A DNA stretch of 64,000 nucleotides from Camelus dromedarius. Lineage: Eukaryota. The position numbers and the translations under genes are program-made. Shown one piece after another: positions 26,411-38,400 of this stretch (the stretch's first letter is position 1; each line of letters starts with the position of its first letter). The notes under the pieces are model-generated. The model did not search any database. It was not told the DNA's origin and was given only the letters and a program-made list of their open reading frames with translations. The DNA is taken from positions 27,714,001 to 27,778,000 of the forward strand of contig NC_087454.1 in assembly GCF_036321535.1 (NCBI RefSeq). Direction: 5' to 3'.

Positions 26411-26443
26411 TCCTGCCCTGCGCCCGCGCGCATTACGCCAGAG

Positions 26444-26454
26444 CAAGATGGCCG
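26444..26454 (+). promoter_or_regulatory. YY1-type motif CAAGATGGCCG overlapping the TAF8 start codon
   Basis: Matches the AAGATGGC core of the YY1 consensus. Confidence 0.6.
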
Positions 26455-26492
26455 ACACAGCGACTACTGCCGGGGCCGGCGGCTCCGGAACG
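26448..26492 (+). CDS. TAF8: TAF8 coding exon 1 (MADTATTAGAGGSGT)
   Basis: ATG at 26448 in context gcaagATGG; donor ACG|gtaagg at 26493; phase 0. Confidence 0.97.
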
Positions 26493-29400
26493 GTAAGGGT
26501 GGGAGGCGCGGGGCGGAAGCCGAAAAAGTCTGGGCATTCTGTAACTTCCCCCTAGCGTGGGCAACAAGCTCATACCCAGAAATCCCGCCCCACCATGAGC
26601 TCTGAGTGGAGGAGGGTCTTTCAGGCCGTACATGCCGCCCCTCCTCGAGACTTGGCGGCGGCCTCCTGAGTTGGAGGACCTGCGTACTGATTGGCCTGTT
26701 CTCTGTTGGGGGGGGTTGGGAACCCGGAACACCTCCTGATTGGTCCAATGATGCCGTTTTCGCTTTCTTATTGGTCCGCCAAAGTTGGGAGGGATTCCCG
26801 TTTCCAAATACTTCGCTTTCCTACTGTCTGTGCTGTTATCGTTTGCCCTGTATTCTGCATCGTGCGGTGTTTGTTGTTTTAATTTTCCTTGTTAGTGAAG
26901 TGGTGTGGCGATGAGAGGAACGAGAGAGATCACTTTTTTTCTGGGAAATAGATATGAATTCAATCCCATCATGCATGTTTCTTCAGTTATATATTCTGAT
27001 CATCTGCTGAAATAGAAAGTAGAAAACAGCCGTTTTGCGTTACTGGAATTGTACGTTTTAGGTAGGCAGAAAGTCTGTCTCCGAACTTAGAACCCCTTGG
27101 GTACTCAATTATTGCTCATTTGGCCAAGAGCTATAAATCTACGTATCAGGGACTACCACATCTTATTAAGCACTGAGAAGTATTTAGCAGAAGAACCTTT
27201 GCTTGCCACTGACGGTATTGAACTATGTGATTGCATCCCTGTCATGTGGATGAAAATGTTCTCTTTCTGGGCTGCTGATTCACAGAGATCAGGAAGTAAG
27301 CAGTCCACTAACCCTGCTGATAACTACCATCTGGCCCGGAGGCGAACCCTGCAAGTGGTTGTGAGCTCCTTGCTGACAGAGGCAGGGTTTGAGAGCGCTG
27401 AGAAAGCATCTGTGGAAACATTGACAGAGATGCTGCAGAGCTGTAAGTACCAGGAAACAATAGGCCTTCTTCCAGTCAACCAAACATCTATTCTGTATCT
27501 GCAGTGTGATAATGTTAGGGAGGATTTTAGAAAAAGAAGAACATGGTAAAGTGACTTACAGGCTTTGGAATCAGATAGACTTGAGTGTACATCACCACTC
27601 TGCCACTTAATAGCTTGGGTAAAAAACCACTAAACCTCCTGAACCTCAATTTGCTTATTTTTGAAACAGGATAATAATTTGCACCTTGTGGAGTTGTTAA
27701 TGTTAAGTGAGGTGTATACGTAAAACAGTCAAAGCTGGGGATGTTTAAGCTCTTGATGACTTGTAGATGTTATTATTGCTGTTTGTTCTCTATGCTCAAA
27801 GAACTTACAGTTTTGTTGAAGAGTCAGGATTAATTCCCATAAAATAAATGCCACACATGATATAATCATGCTATATTATGTGATACAAGAGTGAGGGTGA
27901 ATAAATTTTATAGAATTGGGAAAAAACACTTAAAAGGAAATATTTTGGAGTTTACGAATCTGGAATGGTCTTAATGGTCTTACATAGGCCTTTCTGCATG
28001 TGCAGTGTAGCTCCGTGCTTGGGCCTTTTTTTGGGGGGGTGGGTAGGATGGGATGAGGGATAGGGTTATTTAAGGTGTTTTGGAGGGGAAGTCAACCCTA
28101 TGAATGGAAGTAAGAGAAAGGTTTAGGCAGAGAGAGAAGTTGAACTGTAGTGCAGGCCGAACAAAGATAGGCCAGCTCAGTGGGGTGTTAGTTCTGGTGC
28201 GATTATCGCCCACGGAGTAGCCCACATCAGGCTCAAAAGGTCCTTCCTTTGTACTCCAATCTTGATCAGTCACTAGATGTGGACTGCCCCAGAAAGGGCT
28301 TGATTTGGGTGGGGTAACTTCTTGCAGCTGATGTTTTGAACTTTTAAATACCAAATGTTTTCCTAAAGCAGCCATCTCAAAGTTTTTGATCTCAGGACCC
28401 CTTTAGACTCTTAAATGTTGAGGACTCCAAGGAATTCAGTATTCATTGTCTTTATATAGAGAGGTTTTTTTTTTTTTTTTTTTGCCACATTAGGAAAAAT
28501 AACTGAGAACATTTTAAAACATAAGAATGCACAAGCACACATCCCATTATCCATCAGAGCCACGATGGTGTCACAGGTGATAGAACCTCTGGAAAAGTAC
28601 TGGAGGGAATGAGAGTAAAAAAGTCAAAGGATGTCTCATTATGAAAATGGTTTTGACCTGTGTATTCTGGAAAGGATTTCAGGGATGTCCAGGGATTTCC
28701 AGACCACACTTTGAGACCTTTTGTCCAGAAAGAATGGACTAATAATTCCCAGCAGATGAGAATTCAGTTTTTGCAAAGATCTTGTAATTCAGAGTGTATA
28801 GGTCCTAATAGTTGAAGTAGTTCTTTCTTATACCACTGGACAAGAGGCCTTTATTTCTCTCAGAAGAAATGGTTTCCACGGAAGGGGATGGAGTTGTTGT
28901 TGTGTTGGAAAAGCCAAGAGTATTAGAACTAAATGGTTTGAAAATAGTATAAAAATCCGCTGCTTCAGTGAAAGGAATACCAAAGATGGATGGCTTACAT
29001 TGAGGGCTTGCTGTGACTTGGATGCCTCCATGCTGGCGATAGTTCTGAATATCAAAGTATTAGGATTTGTGTAAGTGATAATCACCAGGCAGAACTGTTG
29101 TGCTTGTTGACTACAATCACCTTGTTTCTAGGGACCTGTATCTTTGCGTTCAGAGCAAAGTTCATGTTTTCTACATTTTCTGTGTGTATCCTTTGACATC
29201 CTAGGATCCTGCTGATATGTAAGAAAAAGCCCAAATGGTGAAACTGCCCAAACTGCCACCTGGTGTATTTCTAAAGTATTTCACCAGGATTTTAATTAGA
29301 CTCTCCCCCACCCTGGTAAACAGATGCTGCCCACCATTTTCATGGATGGAGGCTAGTACAGTAGTGACAGTTAGTGACCTGCTCAGGGTAGCATAAGTTG

Positions 29401-32400
29401 GTGTTAGGTCTTCAGTTAGACAGCCTTCCCACCAAGCGCTCCTTGCTCTTTCCTTCTGCACCATTAGGCCCCCTAGAGCAGGGGTCCTTACCTTTGGGGT
29501 CTCCTTTTATCTCTGATGAAATCTGTGGATTTGTCCCCAGAAAAAGGCTTTTTTTGGTATGCAAAATTCAGCAGAGTTTCAGAGTTTTCATGGAACTGCC
29601 CATCAACCTCAGAAGTCCATTCATGAGTATGAGTCCAGCCTCATACTTCCCATTTGCCCTGAAGGACTTCAGCATGACTTAAAAAGAGGTTCAGCTTCGG
29701 GTAGAAGAAACAAAAACTTGACAGCCAGAGAATAAGACCTCCCCTTTTTTTTTTTGGTGGCAAGATATACATAACATAAAATTTACCATTTTAGCCATTT
29801 TTTTTATTGAAGTATGGTTGATTTACAGTGTTGTGTTAGTTTCAGGTGTACAGCAAAGTGATTCAGATATATATATATATAGATATATAGATATATAGAT
29901 AGATATATAGATATATAAAACTGTTCTTTTTCAGATACTTTTCCATTATACCATTTTAACCATTTTTGAGTATATAATTCAGTGGCCTTAAATATATTCA
30001 CAATGTTGTACAGCCATCAACAGTATTCATTTCCAGTACTTTTTGCATCATTCTAAGCAGAAACTCTGTATCCATAAACAGTAACTCCCCATTCCTCCTT
30101 CCTCCCAGCCCCTGATAACTGCTAACCTATTTTTTTGTCTCTGTGATATTCTTTTTTCTAGGTACCTCATAACGTGGAATCTTAAAATATTTGACTGTCT
30201 GTCTGGCTTATTTCACTTAGCATGATGTTTTCAAAGTTCATTCGTATTATGGCAGGTGTCAAGAGGTCATTCCCTTTGGAGGCCGAATAATATTCCATTG
30301 TATGTATAGACCCCATTCTGTGTGCCCATTCCTCTGTGGATGGTCACTGGGTTGTTTCCACCTTTCAGCCGTTGTGAATAATGCTACCATGAACACTGAT
30401 GAACAGGTATCTGTTTGAGTCCCCCTTTTCCATTCACTCCAGTATATGTAGGAGTGGAATCGCTGGCTCATGCGATAATTGTACGTTTAACTGTTCAGGA
30501 ACTGAGAATAAGACTTTATGCCTTTGATCCCTTCCCAGACATTTCAGAAATTGGGAGGAGTGCCAAGTCTTACTGTGAGCACACAGCCAGAACCCAGCCC
30601 ACACTGTCAGATATTGTGGTCACCCTTGTCGAGATGGGTGAGTACACTTCCAGTTTCCATTTCTTTGGTGCAACTGAGTTGGAGGTATGAGAGAGTCAGC
30701 CACGTCTGCTGAGTGTTCTTGAATTCCCTCATGAGTCTCCTGGTTTGCCTTTAGCTTATGAGAGTCATCAAAAGAGCACTCCTCTGAACCTCTTTGAGAG
30801 ACCACCTAACTCCCTGTTGGGGGATTCTGCTGGAGCTTCTTTTGAGTGGCAGCCAAACTCCTGAGTTGGTTTTTTAAGCTACTTTGCCACAGGATTACTT
30901 CCTCTTCTTTGTTCAATATCCCATGGTCTGGGCAGTGATTTTTGTTTCCCTGTTTCTTAGGTTTCAATGTGGACACTCTCCCTGCTTATGCAAAACGGTC
31001 TCAGAGGATGGTCATCACTGCCCGTAAGTAACTCTCAACTGAGGTACTCAGTAAGTGCTCAGTTAATGCTGGTGGGATGAATTCATTGAATAGGGCGGGG
31101 ATTGGTGTGTAGCCACTGCCTCGTTGCAGACTCCCTTCCGTTATTTAGGGCTACTTACAGTGTACTCTTTACTCGGGCTAATCGAATTAGGATGTGAGGT
31201 TCTGTCACCAGAAGCCGTCCCTGAGATGCTGCTGTGGTTCTTGTGTCTCAGCCCAGAAGAGCAGTCAGGGCTCAAAAATGTGAGAGTTCTTGATCTTCCT
31301 GAGATCATGGGCCTGATGTGGCCCACCGCCCATTTCTGTCAATAAACATTTATCAGTACACAGTCATGTTCACTTATTATCTATGGTTGTCTTCATGCTG
31401 GAATGGCAGAGTTGAGTAGTTGTGACAGACTGTATGGCTTGCAAAACCTAAAATACTTAGTTTCTGTCCCTTCACACACAAAGTTTGATGACCTCTGCCT
31501 GAGACAAACTGAGTGCCATGAACTGAGTTGGGGTCACTCATTTGGGCTTGTGGGACCTGGGGAGAATTCACTAGATTTGTTTTCATCACTCTTTTCAGGC
31601 TGGCATCTTTTTAAGAACTTGTCTCAGAGTAGCAGTGGAAGGTGCCACTTGCGGCTCCCTCGTGTTGTCATTAGCCTACACCTACTTTACCTGGCTCAGG
31701 ATTTGTCTTTGTTACCCAGGTTCTTGAAAAGAGTCAGCAGCCCACCTCACTGCCCTGGTTCTTCAGCCTGCTCTTCGGCTTAATTTACTTGTCACAGCCA
31801 CCCACTCACCTCCCTAAGAGACAGGCAGGCAGATCATTGGGGATGGGTCTGTCACCCCAGCTTATGCAGGGCCGGGCATCATTGGGGTTGGGAGGGCCTT
31901 TTCAGGGCCTCAAGCCATTAAAGACCTTTTATCAATAGACGTGCAATGTGCCTTTTGCATAGAACATTGAGGTCCAGCATTTACTTTGAGAAAAGGAGGG
32001 TTTGGGTAGAGACCCAAGGCCTGGGGTGGAGAAGTAACTGGTTGTGACTCTGTTGCAGCTCCAGTGACCAATCAGCCAGTGACCCCCAAGGCCCTCACTG
32101 CAGGACAGAACCGACCCCACCCACCGCATATCCCCAGCCATTTCCCCGAGTTCCCCGACCCCCACACCTACATCAAAACTCCGGTGAGTGACAAGGCCCC
32201 GCTAGGGGCTGTGACTGGTACAAAAGCAGAGTCAGTTCTATTGACTGGTAGGCTGGAGTCCAGAAGTTTGTTGGCAACAAGGTAGTTCAGAACTCAGAAT
32301 GTCTCTCCTCATTGAAAAGGAGAATTATGGTCTCCAGTTTGCTGGCAAATATATAGTTAACAAACTGAAGCTGGCACAATTTTGCCTGTCCCACCCAAAC

Positions 32401-35400
32401 ACAAAAGTACTAGCCACGTACAGAAAAGACATGTTCCACAAAATGTTGGTAGTAATTCTTGGTGGGATTATAAGTACCATTGTTTTGAGTGTGCTTTTCT
32501 GGGTTTTCCAAATTTTCCACGATAGGAAAGAGTTATTTTTGAAATCAGGGAAAGGTTATTTAAAACGTACTTGGTAATATGAAGTGAAGCCCCTCATAAC
32601 TGAGCTCTGGGTCTGTGTGGGACAAGTTGAGTTGTCTTCCATGGTCCATCGTGTTCCTATTTGCATCGAGCAGTGTCCCCAGAGGTGCTTCCACTTGCAC
32701 AGGAGTCCCCAGAGGTGCTTCCACTCGCTTCCTTTGTCTCCACCTCCACACCATGTCCTGGTGCAAACACGGCCGTGATGCAGGGTGTTGGGGCAAGTCC
32801 TTCAGAAGCTGTCTCCCAACCGCAGGATATGGGGGCAAGAGGAATAGGTGGTCACCCACCATTGCAGCACAGCCATTGCCCTGGACTNNNNNNNNNNNNN
32901 NNNNNNNNNNNNNNNNNNNNNNNNNNNNNNNNNNNNNNNNNNNNNNNNNNNNNNNNNNNNNNNNNNNNNNNNNNNNNNNNNNNNNNNNNNNNNNNNNNNN
33001 NNNNNNNNNNNNNNNNNCCTCTGAAACCTTTAGGAGAATCCTTCCCCACCTCCTTCCAGCTGTGGGTGCTTTGTAGACAGTCCTTGGCCGTCCTTGTCTT
33101 GTCGCTGTGTCACTCCAGTCTTGTGTCTTCACTTGGCATCCTCTCTATATCTCTGTCTTCACGTGGCCATTTCTTATAAGGGGACCAGTCATGTGGGATT
33201 CGTACCCCCTACTCCAGTGTGACCTCGTGTTAACTGATTGCATCTTTTTTTTTCTTAATGTTTTTTACTTACTTATTTATTATTGTATTATTTAATTACT
33301 TTATTTTGGTGGAGGGGGTAATTAGGTTTATTTATTTGGGGAGGAGGTACTGGGGGTTGAACCCAGGACCTCATGCTAAGCATGCGCTCTACCACTGAGC
33401 TATACCCTCCCCCCTAACCAGTTGCATCTTGCAATGACTGTGTTTCCAAATAAGATCATATACTGAGCGACTGGGGGTTAGGACTTAAACGTGTCTATTT
33501 TTGGGGGGGCCACAATTCAATCCACAACTATTTCTAACTCTCTTATAATATATCTATGTCAGTAAAAACTTTAAGCACATATTCTAGTATTTGTCTATTT
33601 ACATGAATGTTATAATGTAACACTGTACTAAAATAACATACATTAAAAGATAATCTGATCCTTATCAAAGGTGCAGGAAACTTGTTCGCCCCTTTTTAGT
33701 GGCAGCCATGTAACAGCCTCTGCTTTTGATTTTTTGAAATCTTGGTTGAATACTTGGTGGAATTCTAAGTTGGTTTGATTCTAAGTTCTGTTTATTTTGA
33801 TACTTTAACAGCTCTCATAGTTGAAAAAGATATACAAAGATAGATGGCATTTTTGGCTGCCCTTAATAAACCATGAAACTAATTTTTTTATTCTCATTTA
33901 CCAATTATTTAAAGAATATTGTTAAAATTTTTCTATTAAATTTCCAACTTTTAAAATGTCAAACAGTTGTCTTAAAATAATTGTAAGATCTTGCATTTTA
34001 ATGTTTTTAATCAGTGTGTTCAAAAATCCCATCAAATTCTTCATTCTGGGAAGATTTTAAACATGCCAGAAAATCCTATTTCTGTGTCTAAGTGTAACTG
34101 TACAGGTGACACACTGAGTTAACTTGGACAGCAGTGCAAGTGTCTCCAGGTACCTCCTTTAAAAACCCTACCTCCACATCACAAAGAATAGTTACTTTAG
34201 AGGAGTCTGGAGCAGTGCAAGACTGATTTCATTGTTAAAGTTTCACCTTTACCTTTATAATTTTAAATGTTTTGGCTAATTTGTTCTTACTAGGTCCCCA
34301 TCATTTTTTCATGCCATAACATGATTGCCCAAAAGCTCAAAGTTAGGAGTAGGGGCGGGTGTCAGGCCTGTTTCTTGTTCACTTGAACTGAAATTAATGT
34401 GTTCAGTCTGTTTCTTTGAGGGAATCTTTTGGGACAATGCATCCGTTTTGTGAGGGTTGGGTGAAGAAAACAAGAGGTACAATCTGCAAGTCCCCACGCG
34501 CAGTCACTCACTGCAGGACGCCACGTTGTGCTGCGGGATCCCGGTGTCCCCATCAGGGCTTCCCTGGGGGTTCCCACTCTTCCTTCAGGATGCATCTCTG
34601 ACACCTGAGTCTAGCTGTCAGCAGAGCTAAGTGAAGGCCTGGTATCAATCCCTGTAATGAATATTTGTACCTTTCTTAATTTTTAAGGTTAAAAGTAAAT
34701 ATTAATGATCATTACATTGCTTTCTTTCTGCCCTTCCACTGCCCTGGGGGACGTCTGCTGTCAGTGACGGTAGTGAGTAGTGGGTTATTTAAAGGGTGGG
34801 AGGACATAGCACCAGCGAGGCAGGGACCCGAGGAAAGCAGATGTCACGCTGGTGTCTCTGCTGTTCTCTCTTCAGACGTACCGCGAGCCCGTGTCAGACT
34901 ACCAGGTCCTGCGGGAGAAGGCTGCGTCCCAGAGACGAGACGTGGAGCGGGCACTCACCCGTTTCATGGCCAAGACAGGCGAGACCCAGAGTCTTTTCAA
35001 AGATGACGTCAGCACATTTCCATGTGAGTCTCTCCCCTTGGCAGGCCCTATCTTGTCCTTTGAGATCACACCCATCTGCCCTGTCTCTTAGCGTGGTAGG
35101 AAGAAGCAGATAAGCTCTGTCCTTACCGCAGATGGAACTCGTTCTTCAGATTTCTGCCTCCTTTTCCCAGGGCTTAGGGGGCCTGTCCCACCAATGACTC
35201 CCAAACAGGAATGGCCTCTGTTGCATTTGGGTACTTGAAGTGCGTGGAGTAGAGGTTCCCTCGAGGGTGACTGAGCGCCAGGCGTCAGAGAGGCTTACAT
35301 AGCAGAGGCGGCAGCCCTGGTGGTAGAAGGGACCCTGGCATCAGGGAGCAGTTTCAGAACCTCTTCTGGCCTTTGTCCTCCACGGTGTCCTCTCACAGGG

Positions 35401-38400
35401 CCCAGCTCATTTAATTTCTCATCTCAACCCTACCCTTTTGCTGTGTGACCAAGTTCCTTCATCTCCATAGGCCTCAGTGTTTCCACCGGGGAATGAGGCA
35501 GAGGGGTTTGGGTGATTCCTTCAGTTGGCAGGCCCCTGTTGCCTACTCACTGTGCACCTCGGCCTAGAGCCATAGCAGCTAAGTCATAAGTGCCAGGCCC
35601 TGTGCGAATCACTTCCTCCACGTTATTGCATGAAGTCCTCAGGTGAGCCTCTGAGTTAGGAATCATTACCACCACCATTATAGGAAGCCGAGGATTATAG
35701 AGAAGACAAATGAAGTAACCTCTCCGATGTCACGCAGCAAGCAGATAGCATCAAACCTAGCTCTTTCTGTCTGCAGGGCCCCACATCTGAGCCACATTAA
35801 AAATAATCTTAGAGTGTCTTCTGATAATGATATTCTACCATGGAAGTATACATGGAGACTTTTCTTTTCTTTTCTTTTCTTTTTTTTCTTTTCTTTTCTT
35901 TTCTTTTTAAATCAATAATTTCTTCTTCTCCTCAGTGCTTTTTGGAATAAGTGGATTGCTCACTCACCTGAAGTGCCCTCTAGGTCAGCAGGTGCACTTC
36001 CATGCGGAGTTCTCAAGTCCAATATTGGCCGAAGGGATCCAGATCCCTGCTTTAGAAATGAGGCTGAGGGGTTAACTGACCTTGGGGATAAGATCACGAG
36101 GCTGAGGGGTTAACTGACCTTGGGGATAAGATCACGAGGCTGATGCTTTGCTAGGATTTGGCCCCAGCTGTCTCTGATTTTAGTTGTACTTGGTAAAAGT
36201 GGGCTCTGAGGTCATATGGCCGGAGTTCAAATCCCACTCTGCCACTTTCTGTGTGTTTGAGGTTGTCACATAACCTCTCCGTGTCTCAGGTTCCCTGTCT
36301 GTAAAATGGGTTTGATAATTGTACTTACTTAATAGGGTGGAGGTGAGGATTACAGACACCGTGTAAAGCCTGTAGGACGCGGCCTGGCCCGTGGTTAAGT
36401 GCTCAGAGCACGTTAGCCTTTATTGTCCTGCGGTGGTGCTCGCTGATCGGAGGCTCTCGGCCAGCTGCAAGGGCTCCGTGACAGCGGAATCATGCCTCTC
36501 TTCCAATCCTCCAGTGATCGCTGCCAGACCTTTCACTATCCCCTACCTGACTGCTCTTCTTCCATCTGAGCTGGAGATGCAACAAATGGAAGAGACGGAT
36601 TCCTCGGAGCAGGATGAGCAGACAGACACGGAGAACCTCCCTCTTCATATCAGCACGGTGGGTCCTGCCTTCTGCCTGCTTCCGCCTGCCCCCCAAGGAG
36701 CCCATGCTGCTCTCAGCCTGTCACCCTGGACATTGCACATGACCTACCTCAGGTCTCTGGCCTTATGTTAGGGACTTGCATGATGGGCCCATGATGATCC
36801 AATTGTGACATGATCTCTAGCTTGAGAAATCTGTATCCTAGGGATCCATTCATTCAACAAATATTGAATGCACACCTGCCAGAGTCAGGCACGTGCCAGG
36901 TGCTGAGGAGTTAGCAGGAGACAGACTGGACACAATGTCCTGCGCTCCAATAAGAGAGAAAAATAAGAAATTAGGGGATGGGAAGTAGGTCTAGGCCTGG
37001 GGAGTGTGGTGTTTGAGAAGGTGACATTTGAGTGAAGACCTGAAGGGAACAAGGCTTGCACATAACTGGCAGTGGAGCATTGCTCAGAGAGGGAATAGCA
37101 GGTGCAAAGGCCCCGGGGTGGGAGCTATTGTGTTGAAGAGCAGCAAGATCATCAGGGTGGCCAGAGTGGCCTGAACAAGGGGGAGAGGAACAGAGGGTGA
37201 GGTCACAGAGCTCCTGGGGGAGTCCGATTGTAAAGGTGTATTTAACATGTGGGCTTTTTCTCAGTGAGATGGGAGCCACTGGACGTGCAGAGCAGAGGAA
37301 GGTGAGGGTCTGATGGTGACAGGATCCGGCAGGTTGTGGGTTGAGGGTATACTGTAGAGGGTAAGGGCAGAAGCAGAGATGGTGGTTGAAGTAAAGACCT
37401 GGTCTGATAGGTTATTGGGTTAAATTCTAGATTATTTTTGGAGCAGAGCCAACTATAGAGTGGATGTGAGAGAAAGAATCCCAGATAAATGCAAGGTTTT
37501 TTGCCTAAACAACAAGAAACCTGGAGTTGCCTTCCACCAAGATAGGGAAGACTGTTGGGTGGAGCAGGTGTCTGGGGGAAGCCAGGAGTTGGGGTTTAGA
37601 CAGGGTGAGTTTGAGATGCTTATTAGATATCCAGGTGGTGATGTCAGGTAGAGAGATGGTTAGAGGAGTTAGGGAGTTTGGGGTGCTGTTAGGACTCGAG
37701 GTGCCAATCTGGGAGTCTTCGCGTGTAGGTAGTGTTTAAAACCGTGAGACTCGGTGAGCGCCTAGGGAACGAGTGAGAACCAAAAAGAGAAGAGGTGCCG
37801 GGACTGAGACCTGGGGCTCTGCACTGTTCAGAGGATGAGGAGATGCGGGGGGACCAGCCGAGGAGGCATAGCTGGAGAGATGGGAGAGCCAGGAGGGTGC
37901 GGTGTCCCGGAGGCCAAGGGAGGAAGTGATCAGCTGTGTCAGAAGCTGCAGTTAGTTACAGTCACGTGAGGCCCGAGACGTGGTCCGTTAGATTTGGCAG
38001 CGCGAGTATAATCTGTCACCTTGACAGGAGCGATTTCAGGAAGCACGAGAGCAAGTGAATTCAAAGAGAACGCGAGAAGAGAAGTTGGAGTCAGTGAGGA
38101 TGGCCTTGTGTTGTCCACTACAGTGGCCAGTGGCCGCATGTGGCTAATTAAGTTTAAATTAAATAAAAAACTCCCTCCCTTAGTCACACTGGCCGCCTTT
38201 TGGTTTTTACCTGTTTTTTTAAGGTAAAAGAAATAGCAGGATGTTTGTATGCTGATGGGAATGGTCTGGTAGAGGGAAAATTGGTGCAGGAGAGGAAGAA
38301 ACATTTTGGGATGATGGTTTTTGGTAGGTGAGCGGGCAGGGGATCTAGTGCCCGAGAGGAGGGGTTAGCCTTACTGTGGACATTTCAGAGCCAGGGTAGG

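Larger units (their letters stand above)
25050..26900. promoter_or_regulatory. CpG-rich promoter region of TAF8, probably bidirectional
   Basis: High CpG density compared with flanks. Motifs: GC boxes (ccccgcccc, about 26370-26395), ETS cacttccgg 26259-26267, E-box gtcacgtgag 26296-26305. Confidence 0.9.

Noticed and set aside
32675-32725. Short direct repeats with spacer-like gaps (also 36060-36143 and 53921-53981) as a CRISPR-like array
   Set aside because: Only 2-3 units, eukaryotic context, no cas genes; these are simple local duplications.
33247-33414. tRNA-Ala(AGC)-like sequences here and at the other SINE copies
   Set aside because: Degenerate stems, A-rich tails and TSDs mark them as SINEs, not tRNA genes.
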